43,063 bases of DNA from a virus: positions 1-43,063 of the IMG/VR virus record IMGVR_UViG_3300020049_009769; one strand, 5' to 3'. Both the position numbers and the translations under genes were made by a program. Shown here piece after piece: positions 1 to 8,341 of the stretch. The stretch's first letter is position 1; every line of letters starts with the position of its first letter. Below the pieces are notes generated by a model that did not search any database, was not told the DNA's origin, and saw only the letters and a list, made by a program, of their open reading frames with translations.

Positions 1-121
1 AAAGATACATTGATTACGGAGTTTGTTAAATGAGCTCAGATTGTTGTGATGGTTTTTTAACTGTTCTTTTTCTTATACTAATATTTGTATCAGTTAGACA
101 TACTTGCCATTATGTACATGA
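1..121. repeat. Terminal overlap, identical to 42943-43063 (circular closure of contig)
   Basis: Read directly: the same 121 nt (aaagatacattgattacgg...cattatgtacatga) occur at both window ends; the junction lies inside ORFs. Confidence 0.95.
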
Positions 122-173
122 TATTATGAAACATGTTGATAAAAATTTGCCAATTTCGGAGTTTGTTAGATGA
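30..173 (+). CDS. Small single-TM protein, 47 aa (holin/antiholin-class candidate); same gene as 42972-43063
   Basis: Hand translated: MSSDCCDGFLTVLFLILIFVSVRHTCHYVHDIMKHVDKNLPISEFVR. The ATG overlaps the upstream stop in GGAGTTTGTTAAATGA. Below the ORF-track size cutoff. Confidence 0.6.
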   Translation: MSSDCCDGFLTVLFLILIFVSVRHTCHYVHDIMKHVDKNLPISEFVR

Positions 174-325
174 GAATAGAAATAGTGAATATATCAAAGA
201 TAATAATGTATGCATGTTTATTGGGGGCTTTATTTGCAACAGCTAATAACATAAAAAATATAGCTGTAGATGTTCATAAATTTGTATCGGCGGTAACTAT
301 TGTTCAAAATGAAGAGGGTCAGTAA
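170..325 (+). CDS. Small single-TM protein, 51 aa (lysis-cassette member candidate)
   Basis: Hand translated: MRIEIVNISKIIMYACLLGALFATANNIKNIAVDVHKFVSAVTIVQNEEGQ. Start overlaps the upstream stop (GGAGTTTGTTAGATGA); its stop abuts the next ATG. Confidence 0.6.
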   Translation: MRIEIVNISKIIMYACLLGALFATANNIKNIAVDVHKFVSAVTIVQNEEGQ

Positions 326-580
326 ATGAATTATTTATTATTAAACTTGCTTGAGAAAATAGCCATTTCGATTGTTGCTATTGTTGGCTCTGTATTTGCA
401 TTGTCTGCACTTGCGTTTTGTTTTAGTGAGATTTACGAAGATAGAAAAGAAAAGAAAAAAGACAACAAAGAAAAAGCGCTTTTCTTTTTTAAAGAAGACA
501 ATGGCAATGTTTCAGGCAAATCTAATGAATCTAATGAGTCCATTTTAGAAACTGAGGTGCTTAATATATCAATTTCTTAA
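326..580 (+). CDS. Single-TM membrane protein, 84 aa; paralog of 34798-35016
   Basis: ORF track; hydrophobic segment IAISIVAIVGSVFALSALAFCF followed by a K/E-rich tail; shares MNY...KI.I.I..I.G....LSA.A..F.EIYE...FFF.ED with the 34798 ORF. Confidence 0.7.
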   Translation: MNYLLLNLLEKIAISIVAIVGSVFALSALAFCFSEIYEDRKEKKKDNKEKALFFFKEDNGNVSGKSNESNESILETEVLNISIS

Positions 581-620
581 TAACGAAGAGCTTAAACGTC
601 AGTTAAATTGTAGTAATAAT

Positions 621-654
621 GTTGGGAGACATGTTGGGAGACATGTAGGGTGAG
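621..654. repeat. Tandem 12-mer GTTGGGAGACAT x2 plus a degenerate third copy; left copy of the repeat flanking the HD gene
   Basis: Read directly: gttgggagacat gttgggagacat gtagggtgag; contains the GGGAG RBS and GTG start of the HD gene. Confidence 0.9.
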
Positions 655-1228
655 TAAAAAAATAGCAAAACTTCGTATTGCAGAATGCAGCGGATTGGCT
701 TTTATTGCCCATGGAGCAACAGGTCAAAAAAGAAAATATACCAATGAACCATATTACAATCATTGCAAAAATGTTTTTGAAATTTTAAAGATAAATTTAG
801 AAACAGATGACAAAAACTCTGAATCGATTATGCTTTGTTCCTGTTATCTGCATGACGTTTTAGAAGACACTCACTTAACAAGTAGTGATTTAATATGTGT
901 TGGAGTTCCTAGGCCAGTAGTTAAGGTCGTTATTGAATTAACTGACATTAGCAAGCCAGAAGATGGCAACCGAGAAGCCCGTAAAAAAATAGATAGAGAA
1001 AGATACGCAAGCGCTTCTTACGAAGCTAAAACCGTTAAATGCGCTGATCTAATTGATAATACATCAAGCATTGTTAAATATGACAAAGATTTTGCAAAAA
1101 TTTATTTACGAGAAAAAGAGCTTTTATTGCCTTATTTGCTAGGGGCGGACCAAAACTTGCATAATATGGCAGCGGCAACATTGGAAAAAGCCAAAAGAGA
1201 ATTAGGAATTAATTATGACCTTAGTTAA
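650..1228 (+). CDS. HD-domain small alarmone hydrolase (RelA/SpoT-hydrolase, Mesh1/SAH-like)
   Basis: GTG start. Motifs AHGATGQKRKYTNEPYYNHCKNV, CYLHDVLEDT and KCADLIDNTSS match the (p)ppGpp hydrolase HD signature. No synthetase domain (192 aa). Confidence 0.8.
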   Translation: MSKKIAKLRIAECSGLAFIAHGATGQKRKYTNEPYYNHCKNVFEILKINLETDDKNSESIMLCSCYLHDVLEDTHLTSSDLICVGVPRPVVKVVIELTDISKPEDGNREARKKIDRERYASASYEAKTVKCADLIDNTSSIVKYDKDFAKIYLREKELLLPYLLGADQNLHNMAAATLEKAKRELGINYDLS

Positions 1229-1229
1229 G

Positions 1230-1248
1230 GTTGGGAGGCATGTAGGGT
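1230..1248. repeat. Right copy of the 19-bp direct repeat GTTGGGAG[A/G]CATGTAGGGT (left copy 633-651)
   Basis: 18/19 identical to 633-651; begins 2 nt after the HD gene stop codon. Confidence 0.9.
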
Positions 1249-1363
1249 AATGGGCAGATTTTTGGGTTAATAAATGAAAAAACATAAACCGCCCACATTA
1301 AGAGAAAAGGCTAACTAATCTTACACTTTTTATTTCCGCCTTTCATTCCTTTGCTGTCTTTTT

Positions 1364-1537
1364 TCATTGGCATATTTTTTTTCCTTTCTCACCTCGTTGT
1401 TGCTGTTTAATATTTCTAGCTATTTTTTTAAGTTGTTTAAATTCTGATTGCTTAATCATTATTCCTTCAAATCCAAAAATAGCTATCGTTTGTCTTTCAA
1501 GAAATTTTGCAAATACTCGTTTTTCACTATTGGTCAT
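1364..1537 (-). CDS. Hypothetical small protein, 57 aa
   Basis: Hand translated: MTNSEKRVFAKFLERQTIAIFGFEGIMIKQSEFKQLKKIARNIKQQQRGEKGKKICQ. The ATG directly follows the upstream TAA. Last ORF of the minus-strand block. Confidence 0.45.
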   Translation of the reverse strand: MTNSEKRVFAKFLERQTIAIFGFEGIMIKQSEFKQLKKIARNIKQQQRGEKGKKICQ

Positions 1538-1669
1538 TTATTTTTTTTTAGATTTTCCAGCGACTGACATAGCAATTGCTATTGCCTGTTTTTCAGGCTT
1601 TCCCGCATGCCTTTCAGTGGCTATATTTTCTGAAATAACTTTTTTAGATTTACCTTTTTTAAGGGGCAT
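1538..1669 (-). CDS. Small basic protein ([10 protein letters not shown]...[17 protein letters not shown])
   Basis: Internal Met of track ORF 1538-1747, chosen because the longer form overlaps the 1659-1874 membrane ORF by ~90 nt. KxAIAIAxSxAGK-type small basic proteins recur in phages. Confidence 0.45.
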   Translation of the reverse strand: MPLKKGKSKKVISENIATERHAGKPEKQAIAIAMSVAGKSKKK

Positions 1670-1874
1670 TTTTCTCATTCTCTTGTTTATTTTTAAAACC
1701 AAAGTAAGCATTAAAGACGTCTTTAACAATGCCAAATAATCCCCCAAGGATAATAGCTAGCACACGTGCCGTATCGTCAGGAACGTCTACAAAACATAAT
1801 ACCAAAATTATAACAAATAAACCAACAAACGAAAGTATCGCTAAAATATGTGGCATCGCAATTTTTAATTTCAT
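1659..1874 (-). CDS. Two-TM small membrane protein, 71 aa
   Basis: ORF track; hydrophobic stretches [19 protein letters not shown] and [13 protein letters not shown]; follows the tail fibre cluster. Confidence 0.65.
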   Translation of the reverse strand: MKLKIAMPHILAILSFVGLFVIILVLCFVDVPDDTARVLAIILGGLFGIVKDVFNAYFGFKNKQENEKNAP

Positions 1875-1879
1875 TAAAA

Positions 1880-2353
1880 TTAGCGTCTTCTTCTTGCGTA
1901 AATAGTGCCAAAACCAGTAACAGAGCCACCGGAAAAATTAATCCCTACGTTTAAATAATAGGTAGTGGTTGCGCTTAAAGATGCCCTGCGGGCTTCAATA
2001 GAAAATGTATAAGGTTGATTGTACAAAACCCCATTTATCGGCAATGCGCTAATAGCTGTATTGGCATCAAATGAGGCGCCTGAAGTTGTATTTATATCGC
2101 CCGAAATAAGGGTTGCATTTACGCCCGTTGACGGAATGATGCCGCCCTTTGCCCACACATCCCAATCGCCAGCGGTTAAAGAAATACTTGTGACGGCCGC
2201 CGGAATTGTGGATGTTAAAGAAAGAGGGCTGGCAGTGCTTCTTGAAGCGGTTACAAACTCCCCGACATATCCAGCGTCAGCATTATTATTAGTAGTAGTT
2301 CCAACAATTCCATTGCTTTGTATATTGTTAGAAACTTTAATTGAAATAGCCAT
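1880..2353 (-). CDS. Tail-fibre-cluster protein, 157 aa (S/T/N/G-rich, beta-rich)
   Basis: ORF track; position and composition like the neighbouring fibre genes; ends in RRRR. Confidence 0.65.
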   Translation of the reverse strand: MAISIKVSNNIQSNGIVGTTTNNNADAGYVGEFVTASRSTASPLSLTSTIPAAVTSISLTAGDWDVWAKGGIIPSTGVNATLISGDINTTSGASFDANTAISALPINGVLYNQPYTFSIEARRASLSATTTYYLNVGINFSGGSVTGFGTIYARRRR

Positions 2354-2374
2354 AAGTTATTCCTTTAAAAATAT

Positions 2375-3193
2375 TCACGTTGGTAATTCATACATAGTTA
2401 CATAAGCGCACTGTGTATAGTCATCGGTTGTGCTATAACTGCTGTCAAGCTGAATAGTTGTTCCGGCTGTTGTAAGGCAGGTATTAACTCTTATTGCGTC
2501 ATTTGTCCAAACACCGTCACCGGTATCATTATTCGAAACATTTCTTGTGACTAAATTTGCACTGCTTGGTGAACCTGCTGGCGGTACAAGGTAGGTGTTA
2601 TAAGTAACAGATCCCCCGCTATTTTGAAATGTGTAACCAGCGCCAGGGCTTAACAATCCGCAACCATCAACGCGAGGATCACCTGTACCGCTAATATAAG
2701 CCATGGTATCAGCTGGTAATGTATAAAGGGTGGCTGTTGAGCTAAAGTCCGTTGTTAAATAGGTCGTGCCCGGGTAATTTTCAGGAATTAAAGTAATTTG
2801 AACCATAAACTGGAAGATTATAGGCTGAGAAACATCCCCGCTAATACAGTCAAGCGCTATCACATCTCCGGGATTGAAAATATAAGGTGGTGAGAATGCC
2901 GCCGTGCCTGCTACAGAGCTACTATAAAAAGATAAACGATAGTAAATACCGCTTACATCAATACACACATACCATTTAATAGCATTTGATAATGCATCTT
3001 GAAATATTGATATGCCCGATATAATCGCTTTATAGCCAGCGGGTACAGTATAAAAACCATAAGGGAAAGGGGGGTTCGATAAAATTGCAATATGTTCTAT
3101 TTTTTGAATTATTTGATACTGAGAGCCCGCCGCATACAATCCGCTAATATTATATGAACTTAACGGACTAAAATTTATTGAATTTTGATACAT
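2375..3193 (-). CDS. Tail-distal paralog 3 of 3 (receptor-binding candidate), 272 aa
   Basis: Shares N-terminal YQNS...GPL/GLY...YTVPAGYKAIISGISI with 3193-3951 and 3958-4722. Confidence 0.75.
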   Translation of the reverse strand: MYQNSINFSPLSSYNISGLYAAGSQYQIIQKIEHIAILSNPPFPYGFYTVPAGYKAIISGISIFQDALSNAIKWYVCIDVSGIYYRLSFYSSSVAGTAAFSPPYIFNPGDVIALDCISGDVSQPIIFQFMVQITLIPENYPGTTYLTTDFSSTATLYTLPADTMAYISGTGDPRVDGCGLLSPGAGYTFQNSGGSVTYNTYLVPPAGSPSSANLVTRNVSNNDTGDGVWTNDAIRVNTCLTTAGTTIQLDSSYSTTDDYTQCAYVTMYELPT

Positions 3194-3951
3194 TATACGT
3201 CTACCTCTAATAAATTAACCCAAGAAAAAGATTGGAAAAATGGAAAGGTTCCAATATCGATACCATCGCCTGCGGTTGTTAAATTAAAGGTGTTAAAAAA
3301 TGAATTTACATCAATTGTTTTAGCAGAAACATTATGACTATTAAGTGTATAATTAGTCGCCCCTACTGAATCATGCCAAGAAGTGGTGCAAGTATAAGCG
3401 CCCGTATCTTCATTTGTAAAAGCCACAGTTGGAATATAAGGAGAAAAAGGTGGCATTGCATTTAAAAAAACGGCTTTTTTTCCTGCCGGTAATCTATAAA
3501 GCGTACTTGAATGCGCGGAATAGGTATAGACACAGGTAATCGGATAAATCCTTGGAATTAATATACCGCATATTCTAACATTAACGTCGACTGACTGTGT
3601 GCTGTCGTAGCCTAAAATGTCCCCTTCATCAAGCACCATTCCTATAGGGAAATTATGCCTATCTTCAGGTGCTATAGAATATTCATAGGGTGTTATAAAA
3701 TGGAATACACTATCGACTTGATAAAGATAATATATCGTGGCGCCCTGTGTAGTAGAATTTGACCTATTTAATATAGAAATATTACTGATAAGTGCTTTAT
3801 AACCCGTTGGCACTGTATATAGATCGTGTGGGGCTTGATCACTATAATTTGTTACCTGATTAATAACTTCTATCTTTTCGCCCAAAATAAGCGGCCCATA
3901 CACAAAAGAATTATAAGGGGAAACATCACTATTGGTTTGATAAGCAGCCAT
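3193..3951 (-). CDS. Tail-distal paralog 2 of 3, 252 aa
   Basis: MAAYQTNS...YGPLILG...LYTVPTGYKALISNISI; same length class and motif order as its two neighbours. Confidence 0.75.
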   Translation of the reverse strand: MAAYQTNSDVSPYNSFVYGPLILGEKIEVINQVTNYSDQAPHDLYTVPTGYKALISNISILNRSNSTTQGATIYYLYQVDSVFHFITPYEYSIAPEDRHNFPIGMVLDEGDILGYDSTQSVDVNVRICGILIPRIYPITCVYTYSAHSSTLYRLPAGKKAVFLNAMPPFSPYIPTVAFTNEDTGAYTCTTSWHDSVGATNYTLNSHNVSAKTIDVNSFFNTFNLTTAGDGIDIGTFPFFQSFSWVNLLEVDV

Positions 3952-3957
3952 CTTTTG

Positions 3958-4722
3958 TTACACTCCTATTTCTAACAACACTTGCCAAGCTATTTGCGGC
4001 GTTGAGCTTGAAGAAGATGATATTTGTAACGTATCACCCGCTGTGTCCATATTGAACGCAAAAACATTTCTTGTACTAAACCCATCAGTTAACCCATAGT
4101 TAATAATTGTTTGATTAGTGCTTACAGGAGTATCACCATTTGCCACGCCCCACAAATTATAACTACAAGCACCAGCTCCAATATTACAAATTGCCATACT
4201 TCCGCCGGTCGGATTGAAAGGAAAAAATGATTCACATAAAACGACTTTTGTATTTGCTTGGCATGTGTATAACACATCTTGCGTACCACTACCTGTAAAG
4301 GTTGTTAATTTAGGGGCTTTTAAAGGATATTTATCTAAATATTCAACAATGCAAGGCATCACATTCATTGTCACGTTTGTACTTAAATTTATTTTAAAGA
4401 TTTCTCCTGCTTCAAAAATATAATCGATAGCTAATGTAATATTCTGATTTGCTGAGATGGTAGTTACAGGCGATATAGGATAATCAACACCGGAAATTGT
4501 AACTAGAAAATTTACATCACAAGATGAGCCGCTTTGATTGCATATTCCCACGCCTGAAATAATCGCCCTATTTCCACTTGAAACAGTATGTAAGGTATGA
4601 TTACCGGTCGTTGTTATATTAGTAAGGTTTTCGAAAAAAAATAAATCTTTTCTTGGGATAAGCAACGGCCCTAAAGACACGCTTTGCATAGGTGGCGTAT
4701 TGCTGCTGTTTTGATAAATCAT
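3958..4722 (-). CDS. Tail-distal paralog 1 of 3, 254 aa
   Basis: MIYQNSSNT...LGPLLIP...LHTVSSGNRAIISGVGI; paralogous to the two downstream genes. Confidence 0.75.
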   Translation of the reverse strand: MIYQNSSNTPPMQSVSLGPLLIPRKDLFFFENLTNITTTGNHTLHTVSSGNRAIISGVGICNQSGSSCDVNFLVTISGVDYPISPVTTISANQNITLAIDYIFEAGEIFKINLSTNVTMNVMPCIVEYLDKYPLKAPKLTTFTGSGTQDVLYTCQANTKVVLCESFFPFNPTGGSMAICNIGAGACSYNLWGVANGDTPVSTNQTIINYGLTDGFSTRNVFAFNMDTAGDTLQISSSSSSTPQIAWQVLLEIGV

Positions 4723-4730
4723 AATTCACC

Positions 4731-5195
4731 TTAATTTAATTGGACATTACCAACGCAATTTATAACTTCCCATGTGGTATTAGCAACAATACCCATTAAT
4801 GTTATTCTACATTGCAAATCTACTGTTGTAATGTTGCCTGTGGTCGTAGTGGTTGTTAACCCCAGAAATTTAATGTTGACGCCGCTACCGTAATCGATAA
4901 TTAAACCGCCAGCGCCAACGCTAACACAATCAATAATATCACCTACTGCAAAAGTAGCGGGCAATGTTCCTGTTGACTGGGCTGCATTAGTAAAAATATA
5001 GCCATTGTGAACAGCCATGCTTTGAGTAGTGCCCGTAACATTTGTATAAGTAAAACCACCTGAGCTTAATACCCAGGTTGGCGCTGAGCCAGCACCATTT
5101 GATTTTAAAAAATACCCACTCGTGCCAGAACTACCATTCACTATTAGGTCTTCAGTGAAGCTTACAGAGCCAGTTACTTGAATCGCTTTAGTCAT
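4731..5195 (-). CDS. Short tail fibre-like protein, 154 aa
   Basis: Carries GTSGYFLKSNGAGSAPTW, the same fibre motif as GTSGYVLTSQGAGTYPVW in the 859-aa protein. Confidence 0.7.
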   Translation of the reverse strand: MTKAIQVTGSVSFTEDLIVNGSSGTSGYFLKSNGAGSAPTWVLSSGGFTYTNVTGTTQSMAVHNGYIFTNAAQSTGTLPATFAVGDIIDCVSVGAGGLIIDYGSGVNIKFLGLTTTTTTGNITTVDLQCRITLMGIVANTTWEVINCVGNVQLN

Positions 5196-5205
5196 TTTTT
5201 ATTCC

Positions 5206-7785
5206 TTAATAAGGTATGTTAGCCGCTAATTGTGTTGCCGTTCCACTATCCGTTAATGTATTATAAAAACATCCAGTAAATATATTACTTGCAGCGCCAC
5301 TTTGAATATCGATCGTATTACTACCCCCCGCATTTCCAAACTTACATTGCCCAAAAGTATTATAATCACTTTGTATAGTTACTGTGGTAGTCGTGGAACC
5401 ATCCCAGAACTGACAGTTCGTGAATTGGTAACCGCTGGCAGTTAAGGTTTGCGCTGAGCTTGTAAAAGTTACATTTGTAGCTTTTACACTTGTCGTTACT
5501 GCTGAATCTGTAAAAGAATTTAACGTTCCATTAGAGATTTTCCAATTCCGCCCATTAACAAAATCAATGTATCCAGTTCCTAAATTAAAATTGTTCAAAG
5601 TAACATTATCACCTGTAAGGTAAAGGACACCACTAAATATTTTATTAATATTACTAATTCGGCAAGTATCAGAGCGGATTAAAAAGCTACCTGTTGTATT
5701 AATATCAAGGTTTGAAACGCTAAAGTTACGTAAATAAAAATTCGGTTTTGTATTATCAAAAGAATTAAATTGACCTTGAACATGTAAATTAGTGATAGAC
5801 CCATTTGTTATAGATGATGGTGTTCCGAGGACTGTTTCACAAGAGGTGCCCCCGCCGTACATATAATCTTGATCACTATAAACATGATTAGTATTAAAGC
5901 CACAGTTATTTTGATTAGCAAAATAATATATATTATTCGTCGAATACAATGAGCTATTCGTAGAGCCTAAGGGCCCAGAATCAAACATATAACAATCTGT
6001 TACAGAAGATGAATTTGAGATATAGGAATTTTGTACGTTAAAATAAAAGGCGCTGCTGCCATCTAAGATACCTACAAAAGATTTAGCACTCGAATAAGCA
6101 AAAGTAATGTATGCCCTATTCAATACACAATTGACACGGGCTACATTTGTCATCTGAAAAGGTGAATAAGTGCCCGCGCTATAAAAGTAATAATTTGGAT
6201 TATAAATAAAAATATTTGCTGAGATACCATTAAATGTAAAATCCGCTGTTTCCACTATATTACTAATTTGTAATAAATTATAAGCACCGGCCGCAAATGC
6301 TGCTGACCATGTGGCGTAATCACCCCCAACCCCGACGGTCTTAATATTACCGACAGGCGCGGTACCCGTTGCACTAAGCGTAGTACCTGACATACTTATT
6401 CCACTGCCTAATGTAATAGCCGCTAAATTACCCGTCGAGCCACGACCAAAAAGCTGACTTGCTGATAAGGCTACCGTAGAATAGTTAGCTGCGCTTGCTG
6501 TAGGATTACAAAGCACAACGTTGCCTGCCGCTGCTTGCTGAAATTTTGCGTATGTAACTGCATTATTTGCAATGGTAGTGGCGTTAGAGTCCGCAGACGC
6601 CGTTACATCCCCGGTTAATGCAGCTCTAAATAAAGTGCTCGTACCAAAAGCCAAACTATTGCCGGCACCTAATTTAATATCGCCAAGATTGCTAGATGTA
6701 CCGCGCCCCACTAGGCTATTCGCTGTAACATTTATGCCTGTATAGTTTGCTATCCCACCAGAAACGCCTAGAAACACATTGCCTGCTGCTGGTTGCTGAA
6801 ATTTGGCATAAGTCACCTTGTTAGTACCTATCGTAGGATTAGGATAGGTTCCAGTTAAATCACCCCCCGCTGCACCGCTAGGTGGAGGCGCCGCTGACCA
6901 AACCGGATAAGTACCAGCGCCTTGACTTGTTAATACATAACCCGAAGTACCGGCGTCATTATTAGGTCTAAAGGCACCAAAAATATTTGTATTTTTGCTT
7001 GCGTCTAAATTCATGACTTCTTGCATAGTACCGGCAGCATCAGCCGTGTCAAATTCCAATCGACCAGAAACAACGCTCCCTGGGGTTATTGTATTTCCTG
7101 CTAACCCAAAAATTTGAGCCGCTTGTCTATAGTTAGTGCCGTCGTAACCAAGAAATTCTACAAGACCTAATTCATCATTCGTTTGTACGATAGTGGGCGA
7201 CGCTATAGTTCCTCGAGATTTTGCATAAATCAGGGAGGGCGCGGTATCATTATCCGCAGAATATGACGCTAAAAAATTGGCATCATATTGCGTACCTTCA
7301 CGAGGCGTACTAAACATCACGTGGGTGCCTGCAAACGATGTTAATAATGAGCCTACAGAAACGTTGTTATTACCGTTGGTTTCATTAACAAATAAACCAT
7401 TTACGCCTAGACGTGTATAACCTTTTGTAGCGCTTGTGGTTGATGAAAGCAATAAATTCTCTGATGCCCCATTACCGCCAACTAAAGTTGTTCCACCTGC
7501 TTGGCCGTCAGCGGTAGCAATGTATTGCAACAATACTTTTTGACTTGAATTGACATATAAATAGCTCGGGGTGATACGTAACCAACGCCCAGGGCCAGTT
7601 GTTGGGTCAACAACGTTTAAGTCATCGCCTGTCGCGACAGAGGCTGAGCTAAATTCAAATAGACCAAAACCAAAGACTCGGGCTATTACCGAGTTTTGTA
7701 ACGGGGTTGTATCAAGCGCCTTCAATGCCGCCAAGTCTGCAAATGGTTCAGCGATAACCCATTCTCTTAGTATTCTAGTTGCCAT
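5206..7785 (-). CDS. Tailspike/tail fibre, 859 aa: internal ~86-aa tandem repeat plus an N/S/T-rich C-terminal beta-helix-like domain
   Basis: VTYAKFQQ[PA]AAGNV..L...NY....S.L.GRG....L..I.LG.G.S occurs twice. The C-terminal half has short N/T/S-rich periodic segments typical of parallel beta-helix depolymerases. Confidence 0.7.
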   Translation of the reverse strand: MATRILREWVIAEPFADLAALKALDTTPLQNSVIARVFGFGLFEFSSASVATGDDLNVVDPTTGPGRWLRITPSYLYVNSSQKVLLQYIATADGQAGGTTLVGGNGASENLLLSSTTSATKGYTRLGVNGLFVNETNGNNNVSVGSLLTSFAGTHVMFSTPREGTQYDANFLASYSADNDTAPSLIYAKSRGTIASPTIVQTNDELGLVEFLGYDGTNYRQAAQIFGLAGNTITPGSVVSGRLEFDTADAAGTMQEVMNLDASKNTNIFGAFRPNNDAGTSGYVLTSQGAGTYPVWSAAPPPSGAAGGDLTGTYPNPTIGTNKVTYAKFQQPAAGNVFLGVSGGIANYTGINVTANSLVGRGTSSNLGDIKLGAGNSLAFGTSTLFRAALTGDVTASADSNATTIANNAVTYAKFQQAAAGNVVLCNPTASAANYSTVALSASQLFGRGSTGNLAAITLGSGISMSGTTLSATGTAPVGNIKTVGVGGDYATWSAAFAAGAYNLLQISNIVETADFTFNGISANIFIYNPNYYFYSAGTYSPFQMTNVARVNCVLNRAYITFAYSSAKSFVGILDGSSAFYFNVQNSYISNSSSVTDCYMFDSGPLGSTNSSLYSTNNIYYFANQNNCGFNTNHVYSDQDYMYGGGTSCETVLGTPSSITNGSITNLHVQGQFNSFDNTKPNFYLRNFSVSNLDINTTGSFLIRSDTCRISNINKIFSGVLYLTGDNVTLNNFNLGTGYIDFVNGRNWKISNGTLNSFTDSAVTTSVKATNVTFTSSAQTLTASGYQFTNCQFWDGSTTTTVTIQSDYNTFGQCKFGNAGGSNTIDIQSGAASNIFTGCFYNTLTDSGTATQLAANIPY

Positions 7786-7796
7786 TTCTTAAATCC

Positions 7797-7976
7797 TCAT
7801 GCGTAACCGTACGGATCCCCATTGGGGGCTTCATAAACATCTAAATTAGGAGCTACATAAAAGCTCCCAATCGGGGGCGGTAAAACACCGCTGCTAAAAT
7901 TACCTCTATCGTTATACGGCGAGTTTACAATCGGCGTAGTTTGTATAGGATGGTCTATCGTTAATGCGTTTTTCAT
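7797..7976 (-). CDS. Hypothetical small protein, 59 aa (P/G/Y-rich)
   Basis: Hand translated: MKNALTIDHPIQTTPIVNSPYNDRGNFSSGVLPPPIGSFYVAPNLDVYEAPNGDPYGYA. Its ATG overlaps the upstream TAA and it fills an otherwise empty gap. Confidence 0.5.
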   Translation of the reverse strand: MKNALTIDHPIQTTPIVNSPYNDRGNFSSGVLPPPIGSFYVAPNLDVYEAPNGDPYGYA

Positions 7977-8332
7977 TAGTTAATGTAATCCTGTGCTACA
8001 TACCAAATAATCCCAACGTACGCACCGGCTGCGTCAGGCGTAAATAAACTAATTGTTTCGCCAGGCTGGAAGAGGCGGCATGACGGGTTTAGCTCAGATG
8101 TTACCGCACCAATCGTTCCCGTAAATGCAGCGGCCGTTGTAATATTATCGACGAATACATTTGCGCCGGGGGTATAACTAAAGATTGCTGCAAATCGCGG
8201 GTACCCCGTAGGAACTGTTACGCTTTGCGCAACGCCTGTCGCTAATAAAACACCTGTTTTTTGGTCTGTAGTAATAAGCCCAAAACCGTTATAACCGGCG
8301 ACATCTTTTGTTAAATTAAACTTTGTTGACAT
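7976..8332 (-). CDS. Virion/tail-associated protein, 118 aa
   Basis: ORF track; sits between two fibre genes and is tightly packed. Confidence 0.65.
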   Translation of the reverse strand: MSTKFNLTKDVAGYNGFGLITTDQKTGVLLATGVAQSVTVPTGYPRFAAIFSYTPGANVFVDNITTAAAFTGTIGAVTSELNPSCRLFQPGETISLFTPDAAGAYVGIIWYVAQDYIN

Positions 8333-8341
8333 AATAAATCC

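Noticed and set aside
1229-1363. Possible bidirectional terminator in the convergent gap between the HD gene and the last minus-strand ORF (TGGGCAG...CCGCCCA).
   Set aside because: A 7-bp stem with a mismatch or G.U pair, a ~30-nt loop and no adjacent U-tract is not convincing as an intrinsic terminator.
1538-1747. Full-length 69-aa version of the small basic protein, and the plus-strand ORF 1530-1739.
   Set aside because: The N-terminal 26 aa would overlap the 3' third of the 1659-1874 membrane ORF. An internal Met with an RBS gives the conserved-looking basic protein. The plus-strand ORF is antisense.
2019-2405. Plus-strand 128-aa ORF. The same class includes 4214-4423, 7571-7792, 8648-8932, 9325-9555, 10221-10421, 10708-10995, 11806-12180, 12849-13061, 13707-13943, 15598-15783, 19515-19916, 21335-21661, 21357-21635, 21695-21883 and 23370-23588.
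   Set aside because: All lie antisense within long, well-supported minus-strand structural genes. They have odd low-complexity or Cys/Phe/Leu-rich translations and lack RBS context, so they are shadow ORFs.
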